Shown here one piece after another: positions 60,200 to 64,000 of a stretch of DNA of 64,000 bases. The first letter of the stretch is position 1, and each line of letters opens with the position of its first letter. The notes under the pieces are model-generated. The model did no database searches. It was not told the DNA's origin and saw only the letters and a list, made by a program, of their open reading frames with translations. The DNA comes from an uncultured Spirochaetota bacterium (GTDB lineage Bacteria > Spirochaetota > Spirochaetia > SZUA-6 > Fen-1364): positions 640,001 through 704,000 of the forward strand of contig CAVTHO010000008.1 in NCBI GenBank assembly GCA_963734545.1. Reading direction: 5' to 3'. Made by a program: the position numbers and the translations under genes.

Positions 60200-60856
60200 G
60201 TGAAATTTCGTTTTGTGATGGCTCCGCTGGCTGCAAGCTGTGCCATTGTTCTCTTGTCACTCGCCGGCTGCGCGTCGATGTCGGGCGCGTCGGGAAACGG
60301 GGGCGCCGCGTTCGCCCTGTCCACAACTGCCGTGCACGGCGCGCCGGAGACCGGCTTTGACAGCGGCCTGGTGTCCGTGGGGCGCCTGGACGCAATGTAC
60401 GGAGCCAAGGCGGGCGGACCCGCCAATCCCCGGTCCTTTCCCTTCACCTGGAAAAATCTCCCCGCGGGAACAAAGGCCCTTGCCGTTGTCCTCGATGACC
60501 CGGACGCCCGTCTCGTTCTGGCCGCCTTCGGCATGAGCGGCGACTTCTTCCTGCACTGGATCGCCGCGGACATCGACCCCTCCTCAGGCGGTCTGCCCGA
60601 CAATGCCGCGGCCACCATGTCGTTTCCGCAGGGCAAGAACGGGACCGGCAAGGTCGGATACACCGCGCCCCAGCCGCCCGCTGATGTTCCCAAGGACACC
60701 GACAAGGTGCGCATCCATATCTATCGCTTGAAGGTCTACGCTCTCTCCGCCCCCACCGGCCTCCAAACCGGATTCAGCCGCGAGGACCTGATGAACGCGA
60801 TAAAGGACACGACCCTCGCGATGACGCAGTTGAACGTCAGCTACAGCAATCAGTGA
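60200..60856 (+). CDS. YbhB/YbcL (PEBP, Raf kinase inhibitor-like) lipoprotein
   Basis: Lipobox LAGC; DDPDA, LHW, YTAPQPP and HIYRLKVYAL. Confidence 0.88.
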   Translation: MKFRFVMAPLAASCAIVLLSLAGCASMSGASGNGGAAFALSTTAVHGAPETGFDSGLVSVGRLDAMYGAKAGGPANPRSFPFTWKNLPAGTKALAVVLDDPDARLVLAAFGMSGDFFLHWIAADIDPSSGGLPDNAAATMSFPQGKNGTGKVGYTAPQPPADVPKDTDKVRIHIYRLKVYALSAPTGLQTGFSREDLMNAIKDTTLAMTQLNVSYSNQ

Positions 60857-60866
60857 TCGATAGTCC

Positions 60867-60899
60867 TTCAGCTATCCGGCGGGCCGCCGGATAGCTGAA
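60867..60899. terminator. Perfect palindrome between convergent genes (bidirectional terminator-like)
   Basis: TTCAGCTATCCGGCGG-G-CCGCCGGATAGCTGAA. Confidence 0.7.
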
Positions 60900-60909
60900 C
60901 AGGTCCGTG

Positions 60910-61725
60910 TCAGCGCGCGTTCGCCTCTTCCAGGATCATCGCGACTTGCGCCACGTCCTTCGGGTAAGTTTCAGAAAGACGCTTCTTCTTCAGGTTCTCC
61001 CTGATTATCCACGCCATGTCGGGATCGCGGACGGCCGCGCTCTTTCTCATCAACGCAAATCCCTCCGCGGGACAGAACTGGACAAAGACGCTCAGGGCAT
61101 ACCCGAGCCCCTGCCTGAGTATCTTGAACGCCTCGTCTTTCCTGGTCTTCGGGTCCGATCGCGACACGGAAGCGAGCAGCGTGCGGGAGACATCCAGGCT
61201 GAACAACGCGAACTCGGGGTCCTTCAGGATGGGTGGGTGAGCAAGAGCGGCGGCGATCGCCCGTTTCTCGAGAAGGGACGACTCGGGCAGCCAGTCCGTC
61301 ACGATTTCCCGCAAGGCAGGCAGGTCCTTCTCTCCGATGAGCTGCAGCCCCTGCGCCACGGCTTCACGGGTGCGCCATCGTTTGTCCGAGGCTGCGGCCT
61401 TCAGGGCGGCCAGCGCCGCGCGCCGCCTTGGACGGGGCAGCCCCGCTCCGTAGAGCGCTCCCAGGGCAAGGAGCCCGCAGAAAGGGAGGAACTCCTTCGG
61501 CGTGTTGACAGGCGCCTTGGAGGCGGATGTCGCGGCCATCTCCAGGAGGAACTCCCATTGCCAGTCTTCCAGCCGCATGCGGGCAACTGAATCGGCGAAG
61601 GAATGCGCCAGCTCGAGGTTTCCACGCGGCCCGGGCAGCCCGGAGTTCTTCTGTAAAAAAGCGCGCAGCTCTTCACGTTGACCGCGCGACTTGAGCATGA
61701 TCCCGAACGCGGGGAATGATTTCAT
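60910..61725 (-). CDS. HEAT-repeat protein
   Basis: SGLPGPRGNLEL, ASDKRWRTREAVAQGLQ and WIIRENLKKKRL; helical repeats. Confidence 0.75.
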   Translation of the reverse strand: MKSFPAFGIMLKSRGQREELRAFLQKNSGLPGPRGNLELAHSFADSVARMRLEDWQWEFLLEMAATSASKAPVNTPKEFLPFCGLLALGALYGAGLPRPRRRAALAALKAAASDKRWRTREAVAQGLQLIGEKDLPALREIVTDWLPESSLLEKRAIAAALAHPPILKDPEFALFSLDVSRTLLASVSRSDPKTRKDEAFKILRQGLGYALSVFVQFCPAEGFALMRKSAAVRDPDMAWIIRENLKKKRLSETYPKDVAQVAMILEEANAR

Positions 61726-62270
61726 GTTTCTCGCCTCCCTCGCAGCGGCCGCTGCTCGACGATCTCCCAGTACAGCTCCCGCCACCATGCGCCCCGGCCG
61801 AGCGGCGATTCGAAGCTCACCAGGACAAGGTCACTCGAGCTGAAAGCAACGGGCGCGATGACCGGGCGGATATTTTCCCTCTGATCGGGGGTCGCGTCGC
61901 CGCATCCCATGAAGAAGCCTTCACGTATCGGAAAGAGCCCGCTCGGCTCCACGCCGCAGCGCTCCCGCGCGCGCGTGCGGAGCGCTGCCCACGCGCCGCC
62001 CGACTCGATGCCCACGTACAGGTTTTCCTCCGCCCATTCACACCCGGCGGTGCGGATGCTCCAGGGCGCGCGGACCGACTCGTTCAGGCTTCCCAGGAGC
62101 CCGCGCGTGGGCGCCTCCGGGGACAGAAAAGCTACCGGAATCAGAGGAGGCACAGCCTGCGCCGAGGCAAGACCATACCGGGAAAAGATCTCCGCCTGGA
62201 GCCTGCCGAGAGCGGCTTCAACCGAGCCCGGGGCCGCAAGCGCGATCAGTCGAAAGCTCTCGATCGCCAC
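61722..62270 (-). CDS. Hypothetical protein, possibly a degenerate 2H phosphoesterase fold
   Basis: Coupled between the kinase and HEAT genes. Layout resembles the 2'-5' RNA ligase family, but the HxT/S motifs are absent (PPLIPV). Confidence 0.5.
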   Translation of the reverse strand: MAIESFRLIALAAPGSVEAALGRLQAEIFSRYGLASAQAVPPLIPVAFLSPEAPTRGLLGSLNESVRAPWSIRTAGCEWAEENLYVGIESGGAWAALRTRARERCGVEPSGLFPIREGFFMGCGDATPDQRENIRPVIAPVAFSSSDLVLVSFESPLGRGAWWRELYWEIVEQRPLRGRRET

Positions 62271-62273
62271 GGA

Positions 62274-63677
62274 TCAGCGGCTCCCCGGCAGCAGCACTCT
62301 GACCGTGGTTCCCATGCCCTCCTCGCTTTGGATGTCCAGAGTCCCCCCCATCGCCTCCACCTCGGACTTGACCACCGCGAGGCCGAGCCCGGTCCCCGCC
62401 TCTGTGAATGCACGGGCATTCGACGCCCGGAAGAACTCGTTGAAGAGCCGGGCCTGCTCAGCGGCAGGGATGCCGATGCCCTGATCGCTCACCACGAGCA
62501 GGGATCCCGCCACTCCTCGGGCCAGGGAGACGCTCACTTTCCCGTGGGGAGCGGAATACTTGATTGCATTGGACAACAGGTTGCCCAGGATCGACTTGAC
62601 CCCCTCGCGGGAACCCGGCACAGGGCAGGGATCGCATGGAGCGGCAATGACAAGATCGATCATCCTTTCCCGGGCCGCGGGCTGGAAGAAAGTCACCGCC
62701 TCCGCCAGCGCCGCGCAAAGGTCGACGCTCTCCGCTGCCGCCTCAGGGGCAGTTGCCGCCTGCTGCGCCCTGCCCCGGGCAAGCGCAAGGAGGTCGGCCA
62801 CCACCTCGGAGAGGCCGGCGGCCCGGGCGCGCATCCGTTCGATCTCTTCCTTCTGCCGGCTCGTGAGGTCTCCGAGATAGCCCTGAAGCAGATTCTGCGC
62901 CATGGATTGGATCACCCCCAGGGGCGACACCAGCTCGTGCGCCGCTTTGCGCAGAAACCATGATTTCGCTTCGTCAAGCTTCTTGAGGGAATCGTACACC
63001 GAGGCGTGCACGATCGACAAAACGGCAAGGTCTCCCAGGCGCGAGAGGAAGGAAAGCATTTCCGGGCTGAGCTTCCTGCCGATTTCCCCGTATACGCACA
63101 GGGCGCCGATCACTTTTCCTTCGTGCCGGAGGGGAACGCAGACGAGTGACTCTGTGCCGCTGTCCAGCTCGGGGAAGTCGCGAAGCGCGGCACCTTCCAC
63201 GAGCACCGGCCGCCCCTCCATGAGGCTGCGGGTCGCGATGCTTTCTGCCGTCTCCGCGCGCAGCTCGGAGACCTCGCGGCGCAGGCCCGCAAGGGAGCGG
63301 ACGCTCATCGTCTTTCCCCCCGGGTCAAGGAGCTTGATCGAGCAGCCGCGCACCCCGGTCACCTCCGTCGTGGACCGGGTAACCGCGTCCAGCACCTCCT
63401 GGAGAGCCAGGGAACTGCCGGCCTTTCCGATGATGCGGGAGACCGCCTCGAGCTGAAGGGCGAGGTTCTCGATCCGTCTCTTTCCGGGAAGCTCGCGGGC
63501 AAGGAGAACGCCGAGGCTGAAGGCCAGAACAAGACCGGCAAGGGCGAAGGGAAGCTCGGGCAGCGCGAATGCGCCAAGGCCGGCAGCCACCATGAGAACG
63601 AGACACCCTGTCAGGGGCGGGAGGAGGACGATCCACAACCTGCCCGGGCGGGCGCGGAGAAAAGCCTCCTCTCTCAT
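62274..63677 (-). CDS. GAF-domain sensor histidine kinase
   Basis: Two TMs; GAF; AAHELVSPL, NLLSNAIKY, DQGIGI and GTGLGL. Confidence 0.93.
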   Translation of the reverse strand: MREEAFLRARPGRLWIVLLPPLTGCLVLMVAAGLGAFALPELPFALAGLVLAFSLGVLLARELPGKRRIENLALQLEAVSRIIGKAGSSLALQEVLDAVTRSTTEVTGVRGCSIKLLDPGGKTMSVRSLAGLRREVSELRAETAESIATRSLMEGRPVLVEGAALRDFPELDSGTESLVCVPLRHEGKVIGALCVYGEIGRKLSPEMLSFLSRLGDLAVLSIVHASVYDSLKKLDEAKSWFLRKAAHELVSPLGVIQSMAQNLLQGYLGDLTSRQKEEIERMRARAAGLSEVVADLLALARGRAQQAATAPEAAAESVDLCAALAEAVTFFQPAARERMIDLVIAAPCDPCPVPGSREGVKSILGNLLSNAIKYSAPHGKVSVSLARGVAGSLLVVSDQGIGIPAAEQARLFNEFFRASNARAFTEAGTGLGLAVVKSEVEAMGGTLDIQSEEGMGTTVRVLLPGSR

Positions 63678-63711
63678 GGCCTCACGATCGTACCACGGCA
63701 TAGACAGGGAA

Positions 63712-63953
63712 GCATAGGGCGGCAGGGCGGTCGCTCCTGGCGACATTCGCGGCTGCGGAGCAGACGCCGAGAGCCTCGAGGGCGAGCGAGCACAGGGACG
63801 TGTGCAAGCGAGCCCGTAGACAGGACGCATAGGGCGGCAGGGCGGTCGCTCCTGGCGACATTCGCGGCTGCGGAGCAGACGCCGAGAGCCTCGAGGGCGA
63901 GCGAGCACAGGGACGTGTGCAAGCGAGCCCGTAGACAGGACGCACAGGGCGGC
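63712..63953. repeat. 115-bp perfect tandem repeat (2 copies plus a partial), family-2 palindromic element
   Basis: 63712-63826 is identical to 63827-63941. Internal hairpins GTCGC-TCCTG-GCGAC and GCACA-GGGACG-TGTGC. Confidence 0.9.
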
Positions 63954-64000
63954 CCTCAAGAGCTAGGACGATTGAGCTTGCGGGCGCGCGGCGGGCCTGT

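Noticed and set aside
63678-63959. N-terminal repeat extension of the histidine kinase (561-aa ORF)
   Set aside because: The 115-bp unit is not a multiple of 3 and its translation is not protein-like; the ATG at 63677 with a GAGG RBS is the better start.

Overview
GC-rich (~65% by eye) bacterial chromosomal segment. It is most likely from a free-living Spirochaetia; this is inferred from the DnaK-SBD/TM/LysM protein beside rsmG-mnmG-mnmE, an omptin, sugar-binding proteins without a lipobox and a CHASE2 cyclase. Single-base frameshifts are scattered through it, even in core genes, which points to long-read assembly error rather than pseudogenes. Contents in order: three carbohydrate ABC systems with two GH127 beta-L-arabinofuranosidase-family genes and AraC and GntR-LacI (AraR-like) regulators; an SDR, DUF1572 and RRM protein; an NlpC/P60-like protein; a catalytically degenerate CHASE2 class III cyclase; DUF445; ftsK; a SYLF protein; an A2-type cytochrome c oxidase operon led by a DUF2231-like/cytochrome c fusion; an SLT lipoprotein and the DnaK-SBD/TM/LysM protein; rsmG-mnmG-mnmE; TSUP, PspA-like, lipoate ligase-like and DUF1349 genes; a liv-type ABC with a C69 peptidase and acetamidase; an omptin; a PTE; an HtrA-like protein with Thr at the nucleophile position; a LuxR; a heterodimeric ABC exporter; a SpoIIE phosphatase; a PEBP lipoprotein; a HEAT-repeat protein; a GAF kinase. 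The most unusual signal is non-coding. A dispersed ~24-bp hairpin element (RAAT-CCGYSG-RRTA-CSRCGG, covarying stems) occurs at about 9 loci, mostly just after stop codons, forms tandem arrays and has invaded an AraC gene in frame. A second repeat family includes a 115-bp tandem unit. No rRNA, tRNA, CRISPR array or transposase was recognised.
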